A stretch of DNA of 64,000 nucleotides from assembly GCA_902624275.1 (NCBI GenBank), contig CACNWW010000003.1:4520-68519 (forward strand), written 5' to 3'. This document shows, one piece after another, positions 1 through 10,088 of the stretch. A model generated the notes under the pieces. It was not told the origin of the DNA, ran no database searches, and was given only the letters and a program-made list of their open reading frames with translations. Every line of letters starts with the position of its first letter. The first letter of the stretch is position 1. The position numbers were made by a program, and so were the translations under genes. The DNA is from an uncultured Fidelibacterota bacterium (GTDB lineage Bacteria; Fidelibacterota; Marinisomatia; Marinisomatales; Marinisomataceae).

Positions 1-1207
1 GAATTTTAAAGTTTGATTGAAGAGACGTCATATTGTCATCAATAAACTCATATCTATCAGATTCTGGGATGAACACCTCTCCCAAGTCAATAGGTACAAT
101 AATATTATCTGCCTCAACATACTTTAATGAGGCTGAAAAATCTATTTTGGTATTAAAATAATATGTAAGTGATAAGTTCTTCCATTCTTCAACTTTATTT
201 CCCCTGAATCTTCCCTTACCGTCAAAATCGTAGACATCAAAAAGAACCATTGAATGCTGATTTCTTGTTTTAAAAACTACATCAAGATTTCCAAATATAT
301 TTTTATAGAAGATATTTGGCTTGACACTGTCTTCAATGAAGTCAATGCCATAAACAATTTCACCAACAGGATGGGAACTTCCTTTAGGCGTTGGAAAATT
401 ATTAATTTTTGCTGTGACGGTTAAAGCATTCAAAGAAAATCCATTTGAAGATCTTTCATCAAAATAATAACTATTATTTAGAATAACATTTAGAGCTAAG
501 AAGTTATTTTTTTTTATTGAAGCTTTTAATCTATTTCTTTCTAAATCATATTTGTTATTAATGGCATATTCATTAAGAAGTAAGGATTCAAATTTACTTA
601 AGTGATTAAATTGTAAATCAAAATTGTAATCATTTTTAATGAATTTATCTCCAATTGTAAGTGATAAAAAATCAGAAAATTCACTATTTAAAGACGAGTC
701 AAACTCAGTAGAGTTAAAGTTGAATTGTGATTCTTCCCTAAAGTATCCAACAGAAGAATACATTTTATTTTTATCAAATTTTTTTGAATAATCAAATTGA
801 TAAAATAAACTTAATGGAGGATTTTCCGCATTTGAAAATTCTGAATACTGACCAAAATAACTTTTCTTTGATCCTGAAAATTGAAATGTCTCATTAGGAG
901 AGTTCTTTTTTAATCCAACGCTCAATTTATCATATCCATAATCACCAAATTCATAAATGAATTTACTTTTTACATAAGATGAATCTTTAGGAAGTACTTC
1001 AAAGTTTAATTTATTAAATTTATTTTTAAAATTTCTAGTAGATCTATCAATCAATAAATTGTTAAATGATATATCAGAATTCCAAATAAGCTGATTGTTT
1101 TCCAAAGGGACTGCAAATTGTTTAGTGATATCAAAAGGGATACTTTCTTGTGTGAAAACAATGGAAGCTAGAAAAGAAAATAAAACATAAATTTTTTTAT
1201 GATTCAT
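1..1207 (-). CDS. Secreted/outer-membrane protein of unknown function, C-terminus cut by the window edge
   Basis: Absent from the supplied ORF track because it has no in-window stop. Hand translation of the minus strand from the ATG at 1207-1205 gives MNHKKIYVLFSFLASIVFTQESIPFDITKQFAVPLENNQLIW... and stays open to position 1 (several segments spot-checked). It has a basic N-terminus and a hydrophobic signal-like segment, then Y/F/N/S-rich beta-type sequence. The ATG at 1188 is out of frame (stop after 6 codons). Confidence 0.5.
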   Translation of the reverse strand, partial: MNHKKIYVLFSFLASIVFTQESIPFDITKQFAVPLENNQLIWNSDISFNNLLIDRSTRNFKNKFNKLNFEVLPKDSSYVKSKFIYEFGDYGYDKLSVGLKKNSPNETFQFSGSKKSYFGQYSEFSNAENPPLSLFYQFDYSKKFDKNKMYSSVGYFREESQFNFNSTEFDSSLNSEFSDFLSLTIGDKFIKNDYNFDLQFNHLSKFESLLLNEYAINNKYDLERNRLKASIKKNNFLALNVILNNSYYFDERSSNGFSLNALTVTAKINNFPTPKGSSHPVGEIVYGIDFIEDSVKPNIFYKNIFGNLDVVFKTRNQHSMVLFDVYDFDGKGRFRGNKVEEWKNLSLTYYFNTKIDFSASLKYVEADNIIVPIDLGEVFIPESDRYEFIDDNMTSLQSNFKI

Positions 1208-2078
1208 CTCTTCTCATAAAATTAATTTTTGAATCAATAAAATTGATAGAATGTAATAATATTGCTTCAAGCGTTTGAGGCTCTACAGGACTTTGCCACT
1301 CTTTTCTTCCTTGATACGATAAAATTAAATGTTCTAAACTGAGCTTATCATCTTCTGGAAAATTTTTAACTTCAGAAATATATTTATTAACAATATCTCT
1401 TGAAAGGATAGCATTTCCAACTAAAGATTTATGATTCGATTTAGAGATTGAAGAACCAAGATTTATAGAATAAAGCTTACCAATCTGATGAAGGCAAACT
1501 CCAGATATTAATAAATCTATATCAATATTATAATGTGAACCAACTTGCTTTGCAATTTTTAAAAGTGATAATGTTTGCTCTATTAAACCATTTTGATAAT
1601 TGTAATGATATGAGATGCTAGCAGGATAAACTTTAAACTTTTCCTTATGGTCTCTTAAGATATTTTTTGTGACTTTTTTCAAATGGTTCTTTGAAATTAA
1701 GTTTATTTCTTTAGTCAATTCTTTCCATAGTTCACTTGGATTTTTTTTAGAAGCTGGAATCAAGTCAGATGGTTCGAATCCATATTTTTTATATTTTTGC
1801 TCATTAGCACGAGAAATATTCTCAATTTTGATTAATACATTTTCTCCATATTGATATGTTACACCCTTTACAGCTACGGGATCTCCATTACTGAACTTTT
1901 TAGAAAGTTTTTGAACATTATCCCATATTCTTGCTCTAATTAAACCCGACTTATCTTGTAAAAGTAAATTTAGATAGGTCGAACCATCTTTTTTCTTCAG
2001 TGATTTTTTTTCCAAACATAAATAGAATCCTTGGAGCTTCATATCAGCAACCATATTTGAAATAAGAGTGGATTTCAT
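1197..2078 (-). CDS. OB-fold + HD-domain protein of the YhaM/Cbf1-like 3'-5' exoribonuclease family, with degenerate HD metal-ligand motifs
   Basis: 293 aa. N-terminal OB-fold-like segment (LLLQDKSGLIRARIWD) followed by an HD-domain scaffold. The positions expected to read HH..GGLxEH, LHDIGK and SHHG read YHYNYQNGLIEQT, LHQIGK and SYQG. Confidence 0.6.
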   Translation of the reverse strand: MKSTLISNMVADMKLQGFYLCLEKKSLKKKDGSTYLNLLLQDKSGLIRARIWDNVQKLSKKFSNGDPVAVKGVTYQYGENVLIKIENISRANEQKYKKYGFEPSDLIPASKKNPSELWKELTKEINLISKNHLKKVTKNILRDHKEKFKVYPASISYHYNYQNGLIEQTLSLLKIAKQVGSHYNIDIDLLISGVCLHQIGKLYSINLGSSISKSNHKSLVGNAILSRDIVNKYISEVKNFPEDDKLSLEHLILSYQGRKEWQSPVEPQTLEAILLHSINFIDSKINFMRRDES

Positions 2079-2082
2079 CTTA

Positions 2083-2547
2083 TTAGTTTTTTGAATTTGC
2101 GCAATTGCTATCTTTGCAAGTACCAGATAATTGATGTACGCGTTTTGTAAGGCTCATATTTAAGTCATCAGCAATTTTCTTTTCGATTGAGGGAATTTTA
2201 TTATCATAAAATTCAAATATTTCTCCGCAATCTTCGCAGACAATATGATCATGATTTGGAGTAATTGTTTTTTTATTGTGCTCATAAAGAAATTTTCCGC
2301 TATCTAATGTTATTTTCTTTAAAAGATTATGTTTTACAAATACATCAATTGTTCTATATAAAGTGGCTCTTGAAACATTAATTTTCTTTTTTTTGAGATC
2401 GCTAAGAATGGTTTCAATGTCACGATGATTATCTGTAGAACAAAGCTCATCCCAAATGTTGAGCCTTTGTTTAGTAGCTCGCAACCCTTCACTTTTGAGA
2501 ACGGCCTCAACTTCTACATGAAATCTACATGGTATTAAATTCTGCAT
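2083..2547 (-). CDS. Fur-family metalloregulator
   Basis: 154 aa. Winged-helix N-domain (RATKQRLNIWDEL, VSRATLYRTIDVF), then HDHIVCEDCGEIFEF and a C-terminal Cys pair (CKDSNC), typical of Fur/Zur/PerR. Confidence 0.8.
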   Translation of the reverse strand: MQNLIPCRFHVEVEAVLKSEGLRATKQRLNIWDELCSTDNHRDIETILSDLKKKKINVSRATLYRTIDVFVKHNLLKKITLDSGKFLYEHNKKTITPNHDHIVCEDCGEIFEFYDNKIPSIEKKIADDLNMSLTKRVHQLSGTCKDSNCANSKN

Positions 2548-2573
2548 ACATCAAATTACACTAAATTGATTTT

Positions 2574-4739
2574 TTAATCTATTTTTTTTAAACGAGCGTA
2601 CTTAACAATTAATTTTTTTCTTAAACCACCATCAAATTCAACACCAACTTTTTGATTTTCACCTGAACCGCTCAAAACAAGAATGGTGCCTATTCCAAAG
2701 AGATTATGTTGAACTTGATCTCCAATTTTAAAGTCATCAAACTCTGTAACTGTTCTTGAAATTTGAATTTTTTTCTGTTCTCCAGTACCAACAATTCTTC
2801 GAGTATAAACTGATTTATAAGATTTAACTTTTATAACATCCTCATCAATTTCATTTAAAAAATCTGATTGAACAAAAGATGTGGTATTCATAGCTCCAAA
2901 TCTTCTTCTGTATTTTGCATTTAAAAGATATACTTGATCCATAGCTCTTGTTACTGCAACATAAAATAATCTTCTTTCTTCTTCCATTTGATCTGGTCCA
3001 TCATCAATTCTAACTAGTGGAAAAAGTCCTTGTTCAAGTCCAGAGATAAATACGGTTGGAAATTCAAGACCTTTTGCTGCATGTACAGTCATTAGTGTAA
3101 TAGAATTATCTTTATCATCCCATTCATCAATATCTGTAAACAGTGAAATTTCCTGAAGAAAGTCTCTTAAATTGCCACCAACTTGATCAGAAAATTTATC
3201 AACAGATGATTTAAGCTCTTGAATATTATCATATCGATCTTGTTCAACTGGATTATTTTTATAATAATTTTCAATATTAAACTCTTCTAATAGAGTTCTT
3301 AATAACTCTTTAGGATCAAGAGTTTCTAGTAAATTGCTAAATTTCTTAATTGAGGCATGAAAACTTTCAATTGAATCTTGTTGTTTTCCTCTTAATTTCA
3401 AATCTCTACAAAATTCAAGACTATCAAAAAGTGAAATTTTCTTTTTGGATGCTAACTCTACAAACATTTTTATTGATTTTTCTCCGATGCCTCTTACAGG
3501 AAAATTAATGATACGCCTAAGAGCTACATCATCATTACTATTTGCCACCAGAGTTAAATATGCTAAAACATCTTTAATCTCTTTCCTATCATAGAATTTC
3601 GTCCCACCTACAATATTATATGGAATTCCTTCTTTTACCATTGCTTGCTCTATTGATCTTGACTGTGCATTTGTTCTGTATAAAACTGCAAAATCTTTAA
3701 AAGTACTTTTATTAAGTTTTATTTCAGACTTAATTGCATCACATATAGCGTTTGATTCTTCTTCATCACTGCCAGTGGAAATCAGTGAAATCTTTTCTCC
3801 TTTTCCTCTTGTTGCTTCCAACTTCTTTTCAGCTCTGTTTTTATTATTTGAAACAACAGACCAAGCTCCATCAAGAATACGTTGAGTTGATCTATAATTT
3901 TTTTCAAGCTTAATCTCAATGTTTTTTGAGAATGTGTCCTGAAAGTTGGTAAGGATATTATCAATATTAGCTCCTCTCCAACCATAAATGGATTGGTCAT
4001 CATCACCAACTACAGTAATATTTTGATGTTTTCCAGCTAGCAAAGATACAATTTCAAATTGTGGTGAATTGGTATCTTGAAATTCATCAACTAAGACATA
4101 TTTCCATGTGCTTTGATAAAAATTTAAAATTTTAGCATTTTCTTTTAACAATCTAATTGGGAGCAGAATTAAATCATTAAAATCTAGTGCATTGTTTGAT
4201 TTTAATTCTTCACAATATACCTTATAAACCTCAACAATTTTTTCATCCTCAAATGTTCGAGCTTTGGATTCTGCATCTTTAATTGAAAGATTATCATTTT
4301 TAAACTTATCAATTTGAACTTTCAAGAAACCAACATTGAGCTCTTTAAATTCAGAAAGATTCAAATTTTCAACAACCTCTTTGATAACGGATTTTTGATC
4401 GGAAGTATCGTAAATAGTAAAATTAGAATTATATCCTTCATCCAATGAAGAGATATGCATTCTTAACATGCGAGCACCTATAGAATGAAATGTTCCTACA
4501 TTTACTCCATCACAAGATATGCTTTCTTGAATTCTTAATTTCATTTCTGCAGCTGCTTTATTGGTGAAAGTTAATGCTAATATTTCTTCTGGTTTAAAAA
4601 GCTTTTCTTTGATTAAATGCCAAACTTTATAAGTAAGTACTCTTGTTTTTCCGCTTCCTGCTCCTGCAAATACTAGAACAGGTTTATTTACTGTTTGGAC
4701 TGCTTTTAGTTGTTGAGTATTTAAATCTTGTAGCTTCAT
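2574..4739 (-). CDS. pcrA: ATP-dependent DNA helicase, UvrD/PcrA/Rep family
   Basis: 721 aa. Walker A AGAGSGKT, DEFQDT, and the VGDDDQSIYGWRGA and TVHAAKGLEF helicase motifs. Confidence 0.9.
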   Translation of the reverse strand: MKLQDLNTQQLKAVQTVNKPVLVFAGAGSGKTRVLTYKVWHLIKEKLFKPEEILALTFTNKAAAEMKLRIQESISCDGVNVGTFHSIGARMLRMHISSLDEGYNSNFTIYDTSDQKSVIKEVVENLNLSEFKELNVGFLKVQIDKFKNDNLSIKDAESKARTFEDEKIVEVYKVYCEELKSNNALDFNDLILLPIRLLKENAKILNFYQSTWKYVLVDEFQDTNSPQFEIVSLLAGKHQNITVVGDDDQSIYGWRGANIDNILTNFQDTFSKNIEIKLEKNYRSTQRILDGAWSVVSNNKNRAEKKLEATRGKGEKISLISTGSDEEESNAICDAIKSEIKLNKSTFKDFAVLYRTNAQSRSIEQAMVKEGIPYNIVGGTKFYDRKEIKDVLAYLTLVANSNDDVALRRIINFPVRGIGEKSIKMFVELASKKKISLFDSLEFCRDLKLRGKQQDSIESFHASIKKFSNLLETLDPKELLRTLLEEFNIENYYKNNPVEQDRYDNIQELKSSVDKFSDQVGGNLRDFLQEISLFTDIDEWDDKDNSITLMTVHAAKGLEFPTVFISGLEQGLFPLVRIDDGPDQMEEERRLFYVAVTRAMDQVYLLNAKYRRRFGAMNTTSFVQSDFLNEIDEDVIKVKSYKSVYTRRIVGTGEQKKIQISRTVTEFDDFKIGDQVQHNLFGIGTILVLSGSGENQKVGVEFDGGLRKKLIVKYARLKKID

Positions 4740-5725
4740 CTATTCTTTCTTTTGTTAATTTTATAAATCTTTTTTGCCTCTTCATGTTCTTTTTCATTGG
4801 TTGTAAATGCATGTGATCCATCTCCTTGTGCAACAAAAAATAAGAAATTCGTATCTTCAGGATATAATGCTGCTTTAATTGATGCAATGCCTGGGTTGTT
4901 TATTGGCCCAGGAGGCAAACCATAATTCTGATAGGTATTGTAATCAGACTTAATTCTTAAATCTCTATTAGATAATGTTTTTGGAGGACCTGGTATTATA
5001 TATTGTATCGTTGGGTCGGCTTGCAGTTTCATATTAATTTTTAATCTATTATGATATACTGAAGAAATTGTACTTCGCTCACTATCAAGCATCGCTTCTC
5101 CTTCAATAATCGACGCCAAAGTTACAACTTCATGTACCGAAAATCCTAATTGATTCGCTCTATCTTGTAAATTTTCATCAAATTTTTTCCAAAATTCTGA
5201 CAACAAAATATTTATAATTTCTTCTGGAGATGAATCATGGTATAAATAATATGTATCTGGATAAAGATAACCTTCAAGAGATGAAGCATCCACTTTATAT
5301 TGTTCTAAGATCTCTGTGGAATAAAAGTATTTATTAAAATCATAATCTGTTTTCAATAATGTATTAATATCTTTGAAGAGATTCTTTGATTGTGAACCTT
5401 CCGGTATTGTTAGTTTTAATTTTATTGGACCTTTATTAAAAATGAGATCAATTAATATAGCGTCTGATATCTTTCCATTAATTAAAAATCTTCCGGTTGG
5501 GATTTTTGATGCCAACCCTCTACTAATAACTTTTAGCTTAAATATATTTTGATTTACTATAATTTCATTTTCAAATAATAAATTAGAAACTGAATTTAAT
5601 GACATTCCTTTTTCAATAGTTATGACAGATGAATTTACTTCACGATTATTTACCGAAAGTAAGCTTGTAACAAAAATAATAAGTATTGTTATTGTTATAG
5701 ATAAGGTAGTATTTATTTCTTTCAT
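4736..5725 (-). CDS. mltG: Endolytic murein transglycosylase MltG (YceG family)
   Basis: 329 aa. N-terminal TM anchor, LASIIEGEA and YNTYQNYGLPPGPINNPG signatures. 4-nt overlap with pcrA. Confidence 0.85.
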   Translation of the reverse strand: MKEINTTLSITITILIIFVTSLLSVNNREVNSSVITIEKGMSLNSVSNLLFENEIIVNQNIFKLKVISRGLASKIPTGRFLINGKISDAILIDLIFNKGPIKLKLTIPEGSQSKNLFKDINTLLKTDYDFNKYFYSTEILEQYKVDASSLEGYLYPDTYYLYHDSSPEEIINILLSEFWKKFDENLQDRANQLGFSVHEVVTLASIIEGEAMLDSERSTISSVYHNRLKINMKLQADPTIQYIIPGPPKTLSNRDLRIKSDYNTYQNYGLPPGPINNPGIASIKAALYPEDTNFLFFVAQGDGSHAFTTNEKEHEEAKKIYKINKRKNR

Positions 5726-5818
5726 CTGAGGGCTAGAAATTACCTTATTTCTTATTTCAAATCAATGGATGTAATAATATTTTTGCAAACAACAATTATC
5801 GCAACTAACTTTTCAATT

Positions 5819-6034
5819 ATGGAAAACAAAAATAAAAAAACTATACAGTTTTCATGGCCATACAAAAGAAAAAATTATGTTTTGTTTGGTGTTGGAGTTT
5901 TCGTTATAATTGTGGGTTATTTGATAATGTATTCAGGAGAAGTAGATAGTTTTCAAAGCTTAGTTATTTCTCCACTACTTTTATTAGCTGGCTATTTGGT
6001 TATAATTCCAATGGCTTTGTTTAGAAAAAATTAA
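5819..6034 (+). CDS. Small two-TM membrane protein, DUF3098-like
   Basis: The track ORF starts at 5765. The internal ATG at 5819 (MENKNKKTIQFSWPYKRKNYVLFGVGVFVIIVGYLIM...SPLLLLAGYLVIIPMALF) fits the DUF3098 pattern as I recall it from Bacteroidota. Confidence 0.45.
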   Translation: MENKNKKTIQFSWPYKRKNYVLFGVGVFVIIVGYLIMYSGEVDSFQSLVISPLLLLAGYLVIIPMALFRKN

Positions 6035-6037
6035 TTT

Positions 6038-6111
<74 letters not shown>

Positions 6112-6120
6112 CAACTTTCA

Positions 6121-7203
6121 ATGAAAAAAATTTTCCAAGTAGGTGCTGGTCTTGTAGGAAAAACAATGGCACTTGACTTATCTAAAAATTATGAACTTCA
6201 TCTTGGTGACCCCAATCTAGATCTGTTAAATGAAATCAAAAATGAAGACCAATCAATACATATACAAAATATTGATATTCAAGATAAAAAAAATTTTCGC
6301 ACATGGATAGCTGATGCTGATATCGTGCTTTTGGCTGTACCAGGATTTTTAGGATTTAAAGCTTTACGTTTAATTATAGAGTGTGGAAAAAATGTTGTTG
6401 ATATATCTTTTTCTCCAGAGGATGTCCTTTCGCTTAACGATTTGGCAATAGAAAATGATGTTTGTGCCATTGTAGATGCAGGCGTAGCTCCAGGTATACC
6501 AAATTTTTTATTGGGATATTGGAATGAAAAAATTAAAGTGAATTCCTTTGATTATATGGTAGGAGGCTTACCAAAAAATCCATCTCCACCTTTTAATTAT
6601 AAAGCTCCATTTTCTCCAATAGATGTTATTGAAGAATATATGCGACCTGCAAGAATGATGATTAATTCTAAAGTGGAAATAAAACCTGCATTATCAGAGA
6701 TTGAAGAGCTAAAAATTGATGACGTTGGAATATTAGAAGCGTTCAATACAGACGGTCTTCGTTCATTATTAACTACAATGTCACACATACCAAATATGAA
6801 AGAAAAAACCTTAAGATACCCTGGACATGCTTTGTTAATACAATCGATGATTGATAAAAATTTATTTGATAAAAATAATTTTGACCATACAGTTGAAAAA
6901 TTATTTACGGAATGGAAGCTCGAAAATCATGAACCTGAATTCACGGTACTAGATATCCATATTTATGGAGATGAGAAAGACATACATTATCATTTGTATG
7001 ATGAAATGGATATGACTTCAAAGTCATCCTCAATGGCTCGAACAACAGGCTTTACAGCTGCTGCAACAATCAACATGATATTAAAAAATCTTTGGTCAAA
7101 AAAAGGTGTTTTTTCTCCTGAATTGGTTGGTTCCAATGATTCATGTATTAATTTTCTCTTTGAATACCTATCATCAAGAAATGTAAAAATAAAACAATCT
7201 TAA
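6121..7203 (+). CDS. Saccharopine dehydrogenase-family NAD(P)-binding oxidoreductase
   Basis: 360 aa. N-terminal Rossmann motif VGAGLVGKT and overall resemblance to saccharopine/homospermidine-type dehydrogenases. Substrate not assignable. Confidence 0.55.
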   Translation: MKKIFQVGAGLVGKTMALDLSKNYELHLGDPNLDLLNEIKNEDQSIHIQNIDIQDKKNFRTWIADADIVLLAVPGFLGFKALRLIIECGKNVVDISFSPEDVLSLNDLAIENDVCAIVDAGVAPGIPNFLLGYWNEKIKVNSFDYMVGGLPKNPSPPFNYKAPFSPIDVIEEYMRPARMMINSKVEIKPALSEIEELKIDDVGILEAFNTDGLRSLLTTMSHIPNMKEKTLRYPGHALLIQSMIDKNLFDKNNFDHTVEKLFTEWKLENHEPEFTVLDIHIYGDEKDIHYHLYDEMDMTSKSSSMARTTGFTAAATINMILKNLWSKKGVFSPELVGSNDSCINFLFEYLSSRNVKIKQS

Positions 7204-7237
7204 AACTTTATAGTTATTTTGATATAAGATATTTGTA

Positions 7238-8215
7238 TCAAATTAATTTCGTTTGATACAAATCATGTAGCGTAAGTAAGCCAATACACTTTTTCTGATT
7301 ATTTACAATGGGTAAAACTGATATTTTAGAGTGTCTATCTTCCATTATTTTCATAGCATCCAAAATTGAAGTTGAAGGAGTGATTGAAATAGGATGAGTA
7401 TTTATAAAATGTTTTATAGAATCGTTTAAATCATTACTGGAAGCGATAGACTTTCGCAAATCACCTTCAGTCAATATTCCCTTTAATTGATTGCCCTCTA
7501 ATTGTAAAGCTACTCCTAGTGGTTTCTCAGTCATTTTGGCTGCACAAGAACTTATAGAATCACTATCACTTATTTGAGCAACATCATCGATATCATGCAT
7601 TACTCTCTCTACTCTAAGTGCCAATTGTTTTCCTAATTCTCCTCCAGGATGATTTCTTGCAAAATCTTCTTTTTCAAAACCTCTTTGAACCATCAAGACC
7701 GATGCTAAAGCATCTCCTATTGCCAAAGCTACTAGAGAGCTTGTTGTAGGAACAATACCTAGAGGGTCTATTTCTTTTTCTACTGTTCCATTTAAAACTA
7801 TATTAGCGTTCTTTGCAATGAGTGAATCAATATTTCCAACAATTGCTATAATTGGGGATTTAAATTCTTTTAGTATAGGAATTAATCTTACTATTTCTTC
7901 TGTATTACCACTTTTAGAAATTAAAATAGTAGGATCTCCAGGATTATAAATGCCTAAGTCTCCATGAATTGCTTCAGCTGCGTGCATATAAACACTTTGG
8001 GTACCAGTACTACATAATGTTGCAACTATCTTTTGCCCTATTAAGCCTGATTTTCCTAAACCACAAACAACAAGCTTACCAGAATTATTAATAATCAACT
8101 CAGCTGCTGACTGAATATCCTGATCAATATTTTTGGATACTTGTAAAAGCTGAGAAGAATAACTCTCAAGAATTGATTGTGATAACCCATTTATTTCATT
8201 TTTTGCCATACACAA
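7238..8215 (-). CDS. kdsD: Arabinose-5-phosphate isomerase (KpsF/GutQ/KdsD; SIS + 2 CBS domains)
   Basis: 325 aa. SIS signature VVCGLGKSGLIGQKIVATLCSTGTQSVYMHAAEAIHGDLG and a C-terminal CBS pair. Confidence 0.85.
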   Translation of the reverse strand: MCMAKNEINGLSQSILESYSSQLLQVSKNIDQDIQSAAELIINNSGKLVVCGLGKSGLIGQKIVATLCSTGTQSVYMHAAEAIHGDLGIYNPGDPTILISKSGNTEEIVRLIPILKEFKSPIIAIVGNIDSLIAKNANIVLNGTVEKEIDPLGIVPTTSSLVALAIGDALASVLMVQRGFEKEDFARNHPGGELGKQLALRVERVMHDIDDVAQISDSDSISSCAAKMTEKPLGVALQLEGNQLKGILTEGDLRKSIASSNDLNDSIKHFINTHPISITPSTSILDAMKIMEDRHSKISVLPIVNNQKKCIGLLTLHDLYQTKLI

Positions 8216-8242
8216 GATAATATAAATAGTTTTTATGGAATT

Positions 8243-9028
8243 GTGACTGATAAATTTGTAGTATTCCGTATGAATATTTATTTAACAGGTGCAACAAGTG
8301 GTTTGGGAGAACATCTTGCATATGAATATTCTAAAAGAGGTGCTTTTCTTGCTCTAAGTGGTAGGAGAAAAGATAAACTAGATTCTGTTGCTAGTAAATG
8401 TGAAAAACTCGGTGCAAAAGTTATTACATATTGCCTAGATGTTACTGATCAACATGCTACTAAAGAGTCCATTGATGATTTTCTATCAAAGATATCAAAT
8501 ATCGATCTTGTAATTGCAAATGCTGGATATGGTTTTGTTGATAAATTACACAAAGGAGATCCTACAGAACTCAATAAAGTTATTGATACCAATGTTAATG
8601 GAGTAATAAATACTGTTCTACCATTTATGCCATCTATGATTAAAAAAGATATGGGGCAAATTGCTATCATTGGTTCAGTTGCAAGTCACTTTGCCTGGCC
8701 TGGAGCTGGCGCATATGCAGCGTCAAAGCATGCCGTTAAGGCTCTAAGTGTAAGTTGGAGAAAAACCCTTCCTAAAAATGTGGATGTTACTCTAATTTGT
8801 CCAGGATTTGTAAAAAGCGAAATGACAGATTCAATGGGAACTTGGGCTCCTTTTATGATTGAGACTGAAGATGGTGTAAAACGAATTATAAGAGCGTTAG
8901 ATAAAAAGAAAAAAATGTTTATTTTCCCATTAATTTGGAGATTAGTGATTGCTTTGGAAGGACCAATATCTTTTTTAATGTCTAAGTCTTTTAGAGAAAA
9001 TCATAAAAAGAACAGAAATAAATTATAA
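8243..9028 (+). CDS. Short-chain dehydrogenase/reductase (SDR)
   Basis: 261 aa. TGATSGLG cofactor motif, NAG, catalytic YAASKHAV. Confidence 0.8.
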   Translation: MTDKFVVFRMNIYLTGATSGLGEHLAYEYSKRGAFLALSGRRKDKLDSVASKCEKLGAKVITYCLDVTDQHATKESIDDFLSKISNIDLVIANAGYGFVDKLHKGDPTELNKVIDTNVNGVINTVLPFMPSMIKKDMGQIAIIGSVASHFAWPGAGAYAASKHAVKALSVSWRKTLPKNVDVTLICPGFVKSEMTDSMGTWAPFMIETEDGVKRIIRALDKKKKMFIFPLIWRLVIALEGPISFLMSKSFRENHKKNRNKL

Positions 9029-9853
9029 AGCTTTTAAAGCGAAATAAAAACAAATCATTCCTGGAACAAAGGTTGTAGAATCAATTTGTTCTCCAAAAAT
9101 AAAGTAAGAATTCAGAATTGCAATTGGAATAATAAGATTGTTCATTACTGCTAACTTGTCGTTAGTTACTTTCAGCGAACCTAGGTTCCAAAACAAAAAG
9201 CCTAGTCCAGTTGAAATTAATCCAAGAAATATCAACGCAAAAAGATTTTCAGATGAAAGTTGATTGTTACCACTTGCACTAAAGAGATAAAAAAGGGACG
9301 TAACAAATGTAGCCCCAAAAAACATTTGTGAAAAATTATGCAGTATATTTGTACCATCATTTTTTGTCTTCCATTGTTTAAAAAGTATCTGACCAGAAGC
9401 AAAAAAAGAGTTTGCGAGTTGTATTAATAAAAATCCAACCCAATAATCAAGCGGATTTACAAAGTTTATCCTAATTAAAAAAGATCCAATAATGACTAGT
9501 GAAATTGCATAAATACCATTCTTTGAAATTGATTGATGTGCAATATATTTTGAAGCAAGACCTACAAAAATTGGTGTAGTAATTGTAAATGTTGCTATTA
9601 AATAAGAAGGTAAATATGCATATGATTGGATATAAAAAATATACATTAAGCCAAATTGTAAAGCTCCAATCAATATTAGCTTAAAATCAAGAGCAAATTT
9701 TTTAATATTATATATTGAGATTGATGAAAAGAAAAGTAAGGCAATTAAACTTCTTATAAAGCTAATGTATGACGGATCTACTCCACTCAAGCCATATTTA
9801 ATTATACCAAAGGAAAATGACCAAAGAATGGATACAATTATAAGATAAATCAT
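9023..9853 (-). CDS. EamA/DMT-family transporter
   Basis: 276 aa, about 10 predicted TM helices, two-repeat EamA-like organisation. Confidence 0.65.
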   Translation of the reverse strand: MIYLIIVSILWSFSFGIIKYGLSGVDPSYISFIRSLIALLFFSSISIYNIKKFALDFKLILIGALQFGLMYIFYIQSYAYLPSYLIATFTITTPIFVGLASKYIAHQSISKNGIYAISLVIIGSFLIRINFVNPLDYWVGFLLIQLANSFFASGQILFKQWKTKNDGTNILHNFSQMFFGATFVTSLFYLFSASGNNQLSSENLFALIFLGLISTGLGFLFWNLGSLKVTNDKLAVMNNLIIPIAILNSYFIFGEQIDSTTFVPGMICFYFALKAL

Positions 9854-10087
9854 TCAAATATTTAAATCATCGATAAGCTTTGCAAGCTTATAATCTTTTT
9901 CTGTAAGAGTACCAGCGTCATGAGTGGTTAAGGATATTGTAACTTTACAATACCCTACTGTTATATAAGGGTGATGATTTTCTTGCTCTGATAAGCTAGC
10001 AACTTCGTTAATAAAATCAATTCCATCTAAATAAGAACTGAATTCAAATGTTTTAGTTATAGTATTATCTTTTTCGTTCCACTGCAT
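9854..10087 (-). CDS. Pterin-4-alpha-carbinolamine dehydratase
   Basis: 77 aa. EQENHHPYITVGYCKVTISLTTHDAGTLTEKD matches the PCD/DCoH signature. Confidence 0.85.
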   Translation of the reverse strand: MQWNEKDNTITKTFEFSSYLDGIDFINEVASLSEQENHHPYITVGYCKVTISLTTHDAGTLTEKDYKLAKLIDDLNI

Positions 10088-10088
10088 A

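Noticed and set aside
1186-1188. ATG at 1188 as the start of the left-edge minus-strand gene
   Set aside because: That frame hits TAG after six codons. The long open frame is offset from it and starts at the ATG at 1207.
7204-7237. Terminator hairpin between the convergent saccharopine-dehydrogenase-like gene and kdsD
   Set aside because: Only a 7-bp A/T stem (tttgata/tatcaaa) with an 11-nt loop, which is too weak to call.
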